Shown: piece after piece, positions 9,380 through 20,192 of the stretch | Layout: the number at the start of each line of letters is the position of its first letter | Position numbering within the stretch: the first letter of the stretch is position 1 | Assembly (NCBI GenBank): GCA_963762145.1 | Contig: CAVXJS010000019.1 | Location: 64,001 to 128,000, forward strand | Origin: an uncultured Candidatus Rokubacteria bacterium | GTDB taxonomy: Bacteria > Methylomirabilota > Methylomirabilia > Rokubacteriales > CSP1-6 | Reading direction: 5' to 3' | DNA length: 64,000 nucleotides | The notes under the pieces: generated by a model | Told to the model about the DNA's origin: nothing | Database searches by the model: none | Seen by the model: the letters and a program-made list of their open reading frames with translations, nothing else | Made by a program: the position numbers and the translations under genes

Positions 9380-12300
9380 TCAGCCGAGCACGACCCGGAC
9401 GCGGCGCGTGGCCCCGTCGCCGATCAGGGGGATGCCGGCGGCGGGGGAGTGGAGGGGGACGCCGTCGACGTCCACGGTCGAGACGCCGCGGGTCACCCCC
9501 TGCGGGTTCTCGACCGAGATCTCGTAGCGCGAGGCGTGATAGCGGAACGCGATCTCGAAGCGCGGCCACGCGCGCGGGATGCACGGGTCGAGATGGAGCA
9601 CCGCCGCCGCGCAGGCGGAAGCCGAGGAGCCACTCGAGCCCGGCGCGGTACATCCAGCCCGCCGAGCCGGTGTACCAGGTCCAGCCGCCGCGCCCGACGT
9701 GCGGCGGCTCGGCGTAGACGTCGGCGGCGACGACGTAGGGCTCGACCTTGTAGCGGTGGACGCCCGGCCCGGGTGCTCGTGCGGTTGATCGGGTTCAGGA
9801 TCGAGAACAGCTCGGCGGCCCGGTCGCCGTCGCCGAGCGCGGCGAAGGCCATGACCGACCAGATCGCGGCGTGGGTGTACTGGCCGCCGTTCTCGCGGAC
9901 GCCCGGCAGGTAGCCCTTGATGTAGCCGGGATCGAGCGGGCGTCTGGTCGAACGGCGGGGTGAAGAGCAGGACGAGCTCCGTCGCTCGCGCCGGACGAGG
10001 TGCTCCTCGACCGCGGCCATGGCGCGCGCCGCGCGCGCCGGGCTCGGCGGCCCCCGAGATGACCGCCCAGGACTGGGCGATCGAGTCGATGCGGCACTCG
10101 GCGTTCGACGGCCGAGCCGAGCGGCGTGCCGTCGTCGAAGTAGGCGCGCCGGTACCAGTCGCCGTCCCAGGCGTGCTGCTCGAGCGCCGTCTTGAGGCGA
10201 GCGGCGTGGGCCCGCCAGCGCTCGGCGCGCGCGCGGCTCGCCGCGGGCGTCGGCCAGCGCGCGCGAACTCCCAGAGGGTCGTGTGCAGGAACCAGCCGAG
10301 CCAGACGCTCTCGCCCTCGGCCCTCGCGGCCGACCCGGTTCATGCCGTCGTTCCAGTCGCCGGTGCCCATCAGCGGCAGGCCGTGGGCGCCGACGGCCAG
10401 GCTGCGGTCGAGCGCGCGCGCGCAGTGCTCGAAGAGCGTGCCGCTCCTCGGCGGAGACGCTGGGCTCGAAGTAGGCGTCGTCCTCGCCCGGCGGCGAGCG
10501 GCGGGCCCTCGAGGAACGGCACCGCCTCGTCGAGGACGCGCGCGTCGCCGGTGACCTCGCAGGTAGTGCGACGACCGCGAAGGGCAGCCAGAGCGAGATC
10601 GTCGGAGATCCGGGTGCGGACGCCGCGGCCGGACGGCGGATGCCACCAGTGCTGGACGTCGCCCTCGACGAACTGCCGGGCGGCGGCGCGCAGCAGGTGC
10701 TCGCGCGCGAGCTCGCGCCGCGCGACCGCGAGCGCCATCACGTCCTGGAGCTGGTCGCGGAAGCCGTAGGCGCCGCCGGCCTGGTAGAAGGCGGAGCGCG
10801 CCCAGACCCGGCAGGCGAGCGTCTGGTAGAGCAGCCAGCGGTTCAGCAGCAGGTCCATGGAGCGGTCCGGCGTCTTCACCTGGACGGCGCCGAGCGATGT
10901 CGTCCCACTGGGTCGTGACGTCCTTCAGGGCGAGCGTCGACATCCGCGGCGCGATAGCGGACGACCAGCGCGCGCGCGGCCTCCACGGGTCGTCGCCCTG
11001 GCCGAGCAGGAAGACGACCTCGTCCCGCGGCGCCGGGGCGCAGCTCGACGCCGTCTGGAGCGCCGCGCACGGGATCGAGCCCGGCGCCGACCCGCCCGGA
11101 CAGCGCGGTCCCGCGCTCCAGCGCCGCCGGATGGTCGAGCGTGCCGTTGCGGCCGAGGAACTCCGCGCGGTCGGCCGTCCAGGCGGTCTGCCGGCCGCGG
11201 AGGTCGGCGAACGCGACGCGGCCCGCGAACTCGGCGTTCCAGGCGTTGCGGGCGAGCAGCGCCCCGGTCGCGGGGTCGATCTCGGTGACGATGAACGGCG
11301 CGGTCGCGCTGCGCGAGGCGCCCAGCACCCACTCGACGTAGGCGGTCACCGAGAGGCGCCGCGGCCGTGCCGGACCGGTTCTCGAGCGTCAGCCGCGAGA
11401 TCTTGACCGGATCGTCGGGCGGGACGAACTGCAGGAGCTCCAGCGCGATGCCGTGCGAGGTGTGCTCGAAGCGGCTGTAGCCCTGCCCGTGCCGGGCGAC
11501 GTAGGGGGACGCGTCCTCGCGGATCGGCAGAGCGTCGGGCCCCACAGCGCGCCGGTCTCCTCGTCGCGGACGTAGAGCGCCTCGCCCGGCGGGTCGCTGA
11601 CCGGGTCGTTCGACCACGGCGTGAGCTGGTTCTCGCGGCTGTTCACCGCCCAGGTGTACCCGGCCCCGGACTCCGAGACCTGGAAGCCGAAGCGGGGGTT
11701 GGCGACGACGTTGATCCAGGGCGCCGGCGTCCACTGCCCCTCGCCGAGGACGGTCACGTACTCGCGGCCGTCCGTCCGCGAAGCCGCCGAGGCCGTTGAA
11801 GAACTCGAGCTCGAGGCGCGGCGGGCGGCGCCTGCGCGGCCGCCGCGGCCCTGATCGGCCGCGGCGCGGGAAGGGCCGCGGCCGGCGAGCCGACTCGGCG
11901 CGCGCGAGCTGCTCCGCGAGCGTGCCGTGGCGGCTCAGCGAGCACGGCCCGGGCCGCCGACTGCAGGAGCCGCGTGGTCCGTGGCCGAGAGCAGGTTCGT
12001 CGCGCAGGATGAAGACGCCGCCGTGCGGCCGCGCTGCGCTCGGGCCGGGGCGCCGACTGGCTCGTCCGCACCAGGGCCTCGAGGGCGGTCTGGAGGTCCT
12101 GGACGTAGGAGTGCGCCTTCTCGTTCAGGATCACGAGATCGACCGCCAGCCCCTTCAGGCGCCAGTACTCGTGCGCGCGGAGGAGCTGGCGGACGATGCC
12201 GCGGTCCTCCGGCCTCGTCGATGCGCACGAGGACGATCGGCAGGTCGCCGGAGATGCCGTGGGCCCAGAGGGCCGACGGGCCGGCGCGTGTTCCGCCGCA

Positions 12301-15300
12301 GCACGTCCGGCGCGGCGCGCAGCGCGGGATCGGAGTACAGGACGCGGCTGGCGAGTCGCTGGAAGAGGTGGGCCTCGTCGCGGCTCGATGCCCAGGTGGT
12401 GGAGCTGGACCTGCGCCTGGGTCCAGGCCAGGGTGACGGTCGCGCTCGAAGGTCGCCGGGTCGCGGTACTTGTCGGCCAGGGCCGAGCGCGGCCTCGCGT
12501 GACGGCGCGACCAGCGTCGAGAAGATGAGCCGGGCGCGCTCGCCCGGGGCGAGCCGGATCCGGCGCCGCAGGCTGAAGATCGGGTCGAGCACCGCGCCCG
12601 CGGTGTTCGACAGGGGCCGACCGTCGATGACGGACATCGGGGTGCGGATCGCTGCGGCCGCGGCCCAGGAAGCGGGCGCGGTCGGTCTCGTACTGGGCGC
12701 CGCCCGCGGGCTGGCCTTCCACCGCGACGACGTGGGCGGCCCAGACCGCGGTCTCCGCCGGCGAGCGCGCGCGGCGCGTGGCGAGCAGCGCGCCGAGGTC
12801 GGCGACGAACTCGGTCTGGACGAACAGGTTGGAGAAGGCGGGGTGGGCCGCGTCGGCCGCCGGCGGGGCGAGCACGAGCTCGGCGTAGGAGGTGAGCTCG
12901 AGCTCCCTGACCCGCGTCACCCCGGTTCGTGACCGAGACCCGGCGGACCTCGGCGTCGTCCTCGGGCGAGACGACGACCTCGAGCGCGGTCGCGATCGTG
13001 CCGTCCCGCCGATGGAACTCCGCGCGGTCCTCCGAGAAGGTCGACGTCGGTAGACGGTCGGCTCGACGCCGGTCGGCTGGTACGCCGGCCGACCAGACCG
13101 CGCCGCTCTCGACGTCGCGCAGGAAGACGTAGGTGCCCCACGGTCCCGCGTCGCGTCCTCCCGCCAGCGCGTGACGCCGAGGCCGGCGCAGCGGCTGTAG
13201 CCCGAGCCCGCGGTGGTCAGCATCACCGCGTAGCGGCCGTTGGAGAGCAGGTGCGTGCGGGGAGCCGGCTCGTGGGGCGTGGTGAAGCGGCGGAAGACGG
13301 GCTCCACGAACTCGCGGACGTGCGCCGGCACGTCCACTTCCTCGAGCGCGGGGGCGGGTGACCGCGACGTCGCGGGGCACGCGCTCCTGCAGGAGCAGCT
13401 CGGTGGCCTGGACCATGGGCTCGGCGTGGAACCGTGCGCGCATGATCCCGTCGTGGAGCACGTTGGCCAGGGCGACGAGGGTCATGCCCTGGTGGTGGGC
13501 CATGTAGGCGCGCACGATCGCCACCGTCGCGCCGTCCGGCACGCCGCGACGGCGTGTAGTCGAGGGCCTCGTAGAAGCCGTAGGGCCCGCGCGCCCCCAC
13601 CGCGGCGAGCGCGGACGAAGTTCCGCGCCGCCGCGACCGGGTCGACCATCGCGGCGAGCGCGGTCGCGTAGGGGGCCACCACCAGGTCCTCGCCCAGGCC
13701 GCGCTTGAGGCCGAGGCCCGGCACGCCGAAGTTCGAGTACTGGTAGGTGAGATCCAGGTCGCGGACGTTGTAGGCCGACTCGGAGACGCCCCACGGCACG
13801 CCGTGCTCGGCGCCGTAGCTGATCTGGCGCTGGACCACGAGCCGGCCCGTGTGCTCGAGGAGGCTGCTGACGGGGGCCTCCATCACGAGCGCGGGCATCA
13901 GGTACTCGAACATCGAGCCCGACCAGGACACCAGCACCGACCCGCGCCCGACCGGGGTCATCGGGCGGCCGAGGTGGAACCAGTGCGAGACGGGCACGTC
14001 GCCCTTGGCGATGGCGATGAAGCTCGCGAGGCGCGCTTCCGAGGCCAGGAGATCGTAGGCGCTGCTGTCGAGGCTGCCGTCCGCGACCCGGTAGCCGATC
14101 GAGAAGAGCTTGCGGGTCGGGTCGAAGAGGAAGCCGAACTGCATGGCCTCGAAGAGCTCGGTGGCGGCGCGCGCGACGCCCAGGAGGCGGCCGGCGAGCG
14201 CGCGGGCGGCGGCGGCGGATCGCGCCAGGCTCTCGATGAGCGCGTCGATGCGCGCGATCGGCGCCGCCGCCGGGTCGGCGGCCGCGCGGAGGGCGGCGTC
14301 GCGGGCGGCGGTCAGCTCGTCCATCGCGGCGTGGCACCGCTCGGGCAGGTCGGCCGGGCTGGGCGGTGAGGAGAAGAGCCGGGTGAGCGCGCTCGCGACC
14401 TCGGGCGGCGTGTCCGCGGTGTCGGCCCAGGGGAGCAGCGTGGCCACGTCGCGCTCGTGGCTGGCGAGGGTGGCGCGGGCCGCCTGGGCCCAGGCCAGGA
14501 CGCCGGCGCCCTCGCCGCTGGTCGCCAGGACGTGCGAGATGTCCACCAGGGTGTCGGCGTACCCCGCGAGTCGGCGGACGCGGGCGAGCGCGTCCGCCGG
14601 GCTGCCGGCGCCGTCGCGCAGCGCGGCGCCCAGGCCCTCAGCGCGCCTCGGCGAGCTGCGCGGACGGTCACGGTCTGGCTGCGGTGGCCGTCCGCGAGCT
14701 CGGTGGCGGCCTCCCCGGCGAGACGGAGGGCGTCGTCGATGCCCGCGACGAGGTCCGGGTGCGGGAGCGGATCGCTGAATCGCGGCGCGGCACGCGTTGG
14801 CGAGGGCGAGGAGATGCGCGGCGAGGTTGCCGCTGTCGACCGTGGAGACGTAGCGCGGCTCGAGCGGGCGCAGCCCGGTCGTGTCGTACCAGTTGTAGAA
14901 GTGGCCGCGGAAGCGCTCCAGGCGGCGCATCGTCGCCAGGGTGGCCTCGAGGCGGTCCACCGTCTCGAGGAGGCCCAGCCAGCCGAAGTCCCGGGCCGAG
15001 ACCACCGCCAGCAGGTAGAGCCCGATGTTGGTGGGAGACGTGCGGTGCGCCAGGACCGGCCGGGGATCCTCCTGGAAGTTGTCGGGTGGCAGGAAGGTGT
15101 CGTCGTGTCCGACGAACGCCTCGAAGAAGCGCCACGTCCGCCGCGCGGTCGAGCGGAGGACGACCGAGTCCTCCGGGGAGAGCCGTCGCTGGAGCGACGG
15201 GGCGGGCGGACGGCTGACCCGACGGGCCACCGCGGGCGAGAGGCTCCAGAGCAGGAGGAAGGGCGCGGCCACCGCGAGGCTGCTCGGCCGGAGCAGGACG

Positions 15301-18189
15301 ACGAGAGCGCCCGCCGTCGCGGCGAGGATGAGCGCCCCGCCCATGCGCCGGTACACGCCGCTGAGTCCCGGGAGAGATCCGATTTGGTCTGCGCGGCGGT
15401 CGTCCATTCCAGCAGCCGGCGGCGCGTGAGGTACAGGCGGAGGAGGGTCCGCCCGATCGCGTCACTCATGAGCCACGCCTGGTGGGCGAGGAAGGTGACG
15501 GCGAGCGTGATCTGGGCCGCCGCGATCGTGAAGGTCCGCCCGACGCTGCGAAGGTGGGTTCGCTTGGAGATGCCCGCCCGCTTCGGCATGAGCTCGTCGA
15601 TCGCGGGGAGCAGGGACGGCAGCGCGATGGTGGCGAGCACGAAGCGTGGTCCACACGAGGGGGAGGCCGTGCGGGAGCAGCCAGCCGACGATCAGGGTGA
15701 GCCCGGCGGCGGGCGCCGACAGGGTCCGGCGGAGATTGTCGGTGATCTTCCACAGGCCGACGAGCGGGATCCAGGTCGGGCGCGCCCCCGCGCGGATGTC
15801 GCCCCGGATCATCCAGGGAAGGAGCTGCCAGTCGCCGCGCGCCCAGCGGTACTGGCGTCCGGCCGCGACCTCGTAGTCGGTGGGGAACTCCTCGAAGAGC
15901 TCGACGTCGGTGACGAGTCCCGCGCGCGCGAAGATTCCCTCGAAGAGATCGTGGCTGAGGAGCGCGTTCTCGGGGACGCGATCCGCGAGGGCCGCGGTGA
16001 ACGCGGCCACGTCGTAGATGCCCTTGCCGGTGTACGAGCCCTCGCCGAAGAGGTCCTGGTAGACGTCGGAGGTCGCGGTGGCGTAGGGATCGATCCCGGC
16101 CGGGCCGGCGAAGATCCGCTGGAAGAGCGAGCGGTCGCGATCCGGGGGGATCGTGGGCGTGATCCGCGGCTGCAGGATCGCGTAGCCGTCCACCACGCGT
16201 CCCGCGCGGGCGTCGAAGACGGGCCGGTTCAGCGGGTGCGCCATCGTGCCGACGAGGCGATTGACCGCGCCGCGCGGCAGGCGGGTGTCCGCGTCGAGGG
16301 TGATGACGTAGCGGACCCCGCTGGGCACCGCGGCGGCCGGCCCCGGCCGCGTCTCGAACGCCGGTCCGCCCGTGCCGGTCAGGAGCTGGTTCAGCTGCTC
16401 GAGCTTCCCGCGCTTGCGCTCCCAGCCCATCCACGTGCCCTCGCGCGCGTTCCAGACGCGCCGGCGATGGAGCAGGAGGAAGCGCGCGCCGCCGGGGAGC
16501 GCGGGGCCGCTGCGCGCGTTGAGCCGGGCGATGCCGTCCACCGCCAGCGCGAGGAGCCGATCGTCCTCCGGCGTGCGCTCCGCGGGCGCGTCCCGCCAGT
16601 CCGAGAGCAGGACGAAGTGAACGTGGCCGTCCGGGTTGGCGAGGTAGTGGATCTCCAGGCGGTTGATCTGCTCCTCGATCTCGGCCGCGCCGGTCAGGAG
16701 CGTGGGCACGACCACGAGAGTACGCATGCCCGCCGGCACGCCCTCGGCCAGCTCGAGGCGCGGGAGCGGGGTCGGACCGATCAGGCCCATGACCGCGCGA
16801 TTGATGAGGGCCAGCGCCAGATCGGAAGCCGGGATCAGCGCGAGGAGTCCGAGCAGGGCCAGGGCGCCGTGACTCATGCCCGCGGCGTACCCGGCCAGCA
16901 GCGGGAGGGCCAGGAGGAGGCCGGTCACGGTGGCGATGGTCGTCAGGTAGCCGGGTGTCGCGCCGGAGAGGAACACCCGGAGGAACCGCCGCCGCGGCGT
17001 CACGCGGTACCCGAGCTCGGCTTCCAGCACGCTCCGTCCCTGGGCGAGCAGGTAGTAGCCGGGATCGGTCGAGCGCGCCACGGGGGCCGCGTCGGTGCGC
17101 GGCGCGTGCCGCGGCCGCGCGCCGGGCGTGGGCCATCGCGAGCCGGGTGACGTCGAGCTCGGACCGCCCGGAGCCGCGCGCGAGGTCCTCGATCGCGTGA
17201 CGGTACTGATCGCGGGTGGCGAAGTCCATCGCGCGGAAGGTGCGGTTCGAGCGGAGCAGATCGTCCACCAGGCTGACGCTCTCGAAGAAGTCGGCCCAGT
17301 CGAAGGTGGCCATCATGCGCATGCTCGTGATCACGTTCCGGACGGTCACGTTCATGGCGGCCTGGTTCTGGTGCTCGAGCTGCACCAGCGCGTCGGCGGA
17401 GGTGCCGAGCGCGGTGAGCTGCTCGTCGAGCCACCGCAGCGTCGGAGTGGACTCGGGATCCTGCTCGCGCAGCCGCTGCACGAGATTCACCATGAAGGCG
17501 GGCGACAGGCGGGCGGCCTCGAACCGTTGGAAGGCGAGGGGGCGGCGGGTCCGCCCGCCGAGCCCGAGCAGCTCGTCGGCGAGCGCGTCGGCGCCGAGGC
17601 GCGCGGCCCGGCCGTTCACGATGCGCTCGGCCAGCCGGCGGAGGTTCTCCACGAGCACGAGGCGGACCGCAATCGGGATGGCCCAGAGCTCGCCGATGGT
17701 CAGAGGCTGCACGCGCTGGAATCGGCGCACGAAGCGCTGCAGCGTCTCGGGCTCCACGCGGCTGTCGGTGTGGGCGACGAACTCCCAGGCCAGGCCGAGG
17801 ACGCGCGGATATCCCTGCAGCGGCTCCTCCGCGAGCTTGGGAAGCTGGCGGTAAAATCCGCTCGGGAGGTCCTCGCGAATCTGCCGCACGGCCTCGTCCG
17901 CGACGTGGAAATTGTCGACGAACCATTCCGCGGCGGGCGTGAGCGCCCCTTCTTCCCGGATCACCGCCGCGATCTCTCGATAGCACTGCAGCAGGACGCG
18001 GCCGCTGTCCCGCGCCCGCGGCGAGAAGAGGCGCCCGGAGGTGCCGCCGGCCAGGACCGGCCGTCTCGCCACGCGCTCCGCGAGCTCCTCCAGGCGCTCG
18101 GGGCTCAGGAGCTCGGCCCGGATCGGCTCCTGGGACTCGCGTGAGAGGGGAGACGGGGCTGCGGGCGACCGGAAGTCTCGGAGACGCAT
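9380..18189 (-). CDS. ndvB: Cyclic beta-1,2-glucan synthase/phosphorylase (Cgs/NdvB; GT84 + cyclisation domain + GH94), many frameshifts
   Basis: [101 protein letters not shown]. Confidence 0.93.
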
Positions 18190-18283
18190 GCGGCGCTCAG
18201 CCCTTCGAAGTCCACATCTGCGAATGAATGTACCACCGTATGAGGCAGAGGGTTGACCGAGGCGCGGTCGCGAGCGTTATCGC

Positions 18284-18312
18284 TTGACAGCGGGGGAAAC
18301 GGCCTGTAGGGT
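18284..18312 (+). promoter_or_regulatory. Sigma70-type cspA promoter giving a long (~175 nt) 5' UTR
   Basis: TTGACA 18284-18289, 17 bp spacer, TAGGGT 18307-18312. Confidence 0.55.
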
Positions 18313-18494
18313 GGATTCCGGTGCTGATTCACCCGGCTTTCGGTAGCAGCGAGCAGACGAAGACGATTCGCGACTAACGCCGCGCGGGTATCGACCGCTC
18401 GGCGTTTTTGTTTGTCCTCCACTCCTGGAGGGCGCCCCCGCCATGGTGGCGGGGTTTCACGGAGGCGAAAGCCTCAGAATAAGAGGTCGGTTCA

Positions 18495-18695
18495 ATGGCA
18501 CAGGGCACGGTCAAGTGGTTCAACGATGCGAAGGGTTACGGCTTCATTACCCAGGAGGGTGGCGAGGACGTCTTCGTGCATTTCAATGCCATTCAGGCCC
18601 AGGGCTTCAAGAGCCTGGCCGAGGGCGACAAGGTCGAGTTCGAAGTGACCAAGGGCCCCAAGGGGCTCCAGGCCGCGAACGTTCGGAAGGCCTAG
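18495..18695 (+). CDS. cspA: Cold-shock protein (CspA family)
   Basis: GTVKWFN, RNP1 KGYGFI, RNP2 [15 protein letters not shown]. Confidence 0.98.
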   Translation: MAQGTVKWFNDAKGYGFITQEGGEDVFVHFNAIQAQGFKSLAEGDKVEFEVTKGPKGLQAANVRKA

Positions 18696-18716
18696 CGAGA
18701 ACTCCGCGTCAAAACG

Positions 18717-18753
18717 AAGGCCGGGTCCCCGAAAAAGGGGGCCCGGCCTTTTT
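18717..18753 (+). terminator. Rho-independent terminator after cspA, between convergent genes
   Basis: AAGGCCGGGTCCCC-gaaaaa-GGGGGCCCGGCCTT followed by a T run. Confidence 0.85.
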
Positions 18754-18765
18754 CATGTCCGGGAC

Positions 18766-18924
18766 CTAGGCTTCCCGATCGGTGGCCAGGCGGCCCCACT
18801 TCTTCTTCGAGAAGTTGAAGAGCCACACGGTGCCGGCTGAATCCAGCGCGTACAGCAGGGTCGGGGAGAGCGGGGCCACCGTCGTGGTGATCTGGACGAA
18901 CTTGGGCTGTCCCTGCGGGTCCAT
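18766..18924 (-). CDS. Hypothetical microprotein (52 aa, beta-blade-like), paralogue of 7425-7673
   Basis: SD AGAGGAG; MDPQGQPKFVQITT..LLYALDSAGTVWLF..W. Confidence 0.65.
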   Translation of the reverse strand: MDPQGQPKFVQITTTVAPLSPTLLYALDSAGTVWLFNFSKKKWGRLATDREA

Positions 18925-18980
18925 GGGGTCTCCTCTGTGCGAGGCGAGAGCGGGCGCGTCGAAGAAAGCGGCCGGGCCGC

Positions 18981-19025
18981 ATGCATATATGATATAAGTT
19001 AAATAACAATAAGAACGTATATTCT
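18981..19025. promoter_or_regulatory. Very AT-rich tract in a divergent intergenic region
   Basis: 9 G/C in 45 nt; palindromes CATATATG and AGAA-cgtata-TTCT. Confidence 0.6.
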
Positions 19026-19093
19026 CGGTGCGTACTCCGGCCGCGCCCGCATCCGCAAGCACGTCGGCGATACGCCCGAGATATGGAGGCGCA

Positions 19094-19384
19094 ATGTTCG
19101 AGGACAGAGCCCGGGTTCTGCTCATCCTCCCTCAGGACGTTCTCGATCGGGCGCGCGTGTTCGCGGGTGAGGCGATGACGAAGCTGAAGGGCCCCGTGAG
19201 CCTGCAGATGGTCCTGCGCGCGCTCATCGACCAGGGGCTCCGGCGCGAGCGCGATCGCGCCCTGCTGACCAACATCGAGGTGCAGATGCGGGCGGTCCGG
19301 GAAGTCCGGAGCCGCCGCCGCCGGCCTCCCGCGCTGGCCCGCGTCACGCGCGCGGGGGCCCGGGCGAGCGGGCGAAGGAGCTGA
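19094..19384 (+). CDS. Hypothetical ribbon-helix-helix-like DNA-binding protein
   Basis: SD GGAGG; strand ARVLLILP, helix QDVLDRARVFA, helix SLQMVLRALIDQGL; basic tail. Confidence 0.65.
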   Translation: MFEDRARVLLILPQDVLDRARVFAGEAMTKLKGPVSLQMVLRALIDQGLRRERDRALLTNIEVQMRAVREVRSRRRRPPALARVTRAGARASGRRS

Positions 19385-19651
19385 ATGGCCGAGACGGTCT
19401 TCACGGCGGGAGACTTCATCCGGCGGGTGGTCGAGAGTCTCCTCCGCGGTGATTGTCGAGGCCAGCTGGTCTGCGCCCGGTGCCTGGTCAAGCTGGCCAA
19501 GGGTCATCTGGACCGGAGCTACACGACGCGCGAGGTGGTCGACGTGGTGGAGGAGATCTTCGGGGCACCCGCGCCGTTGACCCACGCGCCGGCCTCCACC
19601 TGCGGGGCGTGCGCGCGGAAGAAGGTCCCATGCCTCGCGGCGGCGGCGTGA
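19385..19651 (+). CDS. Small CxxC...CxxC..C protein (putative Zn-binding HTH), paralogue of 9091-9375
   Basis: SD AAGGAG, directly coupled to the upstream TGA; VCARCL and CGACARKKVPC. Confidence 0.75.
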   Translation: MAETVFTAGDFIRRVVESLLRGDCRGQLVCARCLVKLAKGHLDRSYTTREVVDVVEEIFGAPAPLTHAPASTCGACARKKVPCLAAAA

Positions 19652-19695
19652 CGGCTCGTGGCTGACCCGCGTCGGGCGAGCGAGGGGGACGAACA

Positions 19696-20190
19696 ATGGG
19701 GGGTAGAAATCGAGTGATGGCGCGGCGGCACTTCATGGGCAACCGGACGTACAAGGGCCTCACCTATACCCTGGAGCTCGAGGCCATCCAGGAGTACGTG
19801 TTCAAGGCGCACGCGAGGCTGTCGCCCTCCGGGCCGGAGGTCTCCATCGTGGACGAGACCTCGGACGCGGCCCTCAAGCGGGCCGAGGCCGGGATCCGGC
19901 AGGTGATCGAGGAGCGCGAGGCGGGCACCGTCGTGCGGGAGCGCCTGCCCGAGCGGATGTACGGGGACGTCAAGTACACGATCATCGTGCGGACGGAGGC
20001 GACGCGCGTCGTGGCCGAGCTCTACTTCATCCGCGCCAACGCGCAACCGCGGCGCCCGGGCCCCGGCACCTTCTTCGCCCTCTTCGAGGGCAAGACCAAG
20101 CAGGGGGCGATCGGCCAGGCCGAGCGGGGACTCAAGGCCAAGCTCGACAAGGAGCGTTCGGGCACCACGGCGGCGCGCTCCAGCCGGTAG
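19696..20190 (+). CDS. Hypothetical protein with two tandem beta-beta-beta-alpha (HicB-N/dsRBD-like) repeats
   Basis: RTYKGLTYTLEL...ETSDAALKRAEAGIR versus RMYGDVKYTIIV...KTKQGAIGQAERGLK; alternative start at 19717. Confidence 0.65.
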   Translation: MGGRNRVMARRHFMGNRTYKGLTYTLELEAIQEYVFKAHARLSPSGPEVSIVDETSDAALKRAEAGIRQVIEEREAGTVVRERLPERMYGDVKYTIIVRTEATRVVAELYFIRANAQPRRPGPGTFFALFEGKTKQGAIGQAERGLKAKLDKERSGTTAARSSR

Positions 20191-20192
20191 CG

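Noticed and set aside
7406-9400. Chromosomal oriC next to dnaA
   Set aside because: No DnaA-box cluster or AT-rich unwinding element in the flanks; the best match, CCATCCACA near 7716-7724, has two mismatches and stands alone.
47-18189. Programmed frameshifting, or pseudogene calls for dpp and cgs
   Set aside because: The indels are numerous and scattered, with no slippery-site pattern; long-read error is more likely.
18105-18422. 105-aa minus-strand ORF upstream of cgs
   Set aside because: It spans the cspA promoter and leader, has no motifs, and overlaps the cgs start out of frame.
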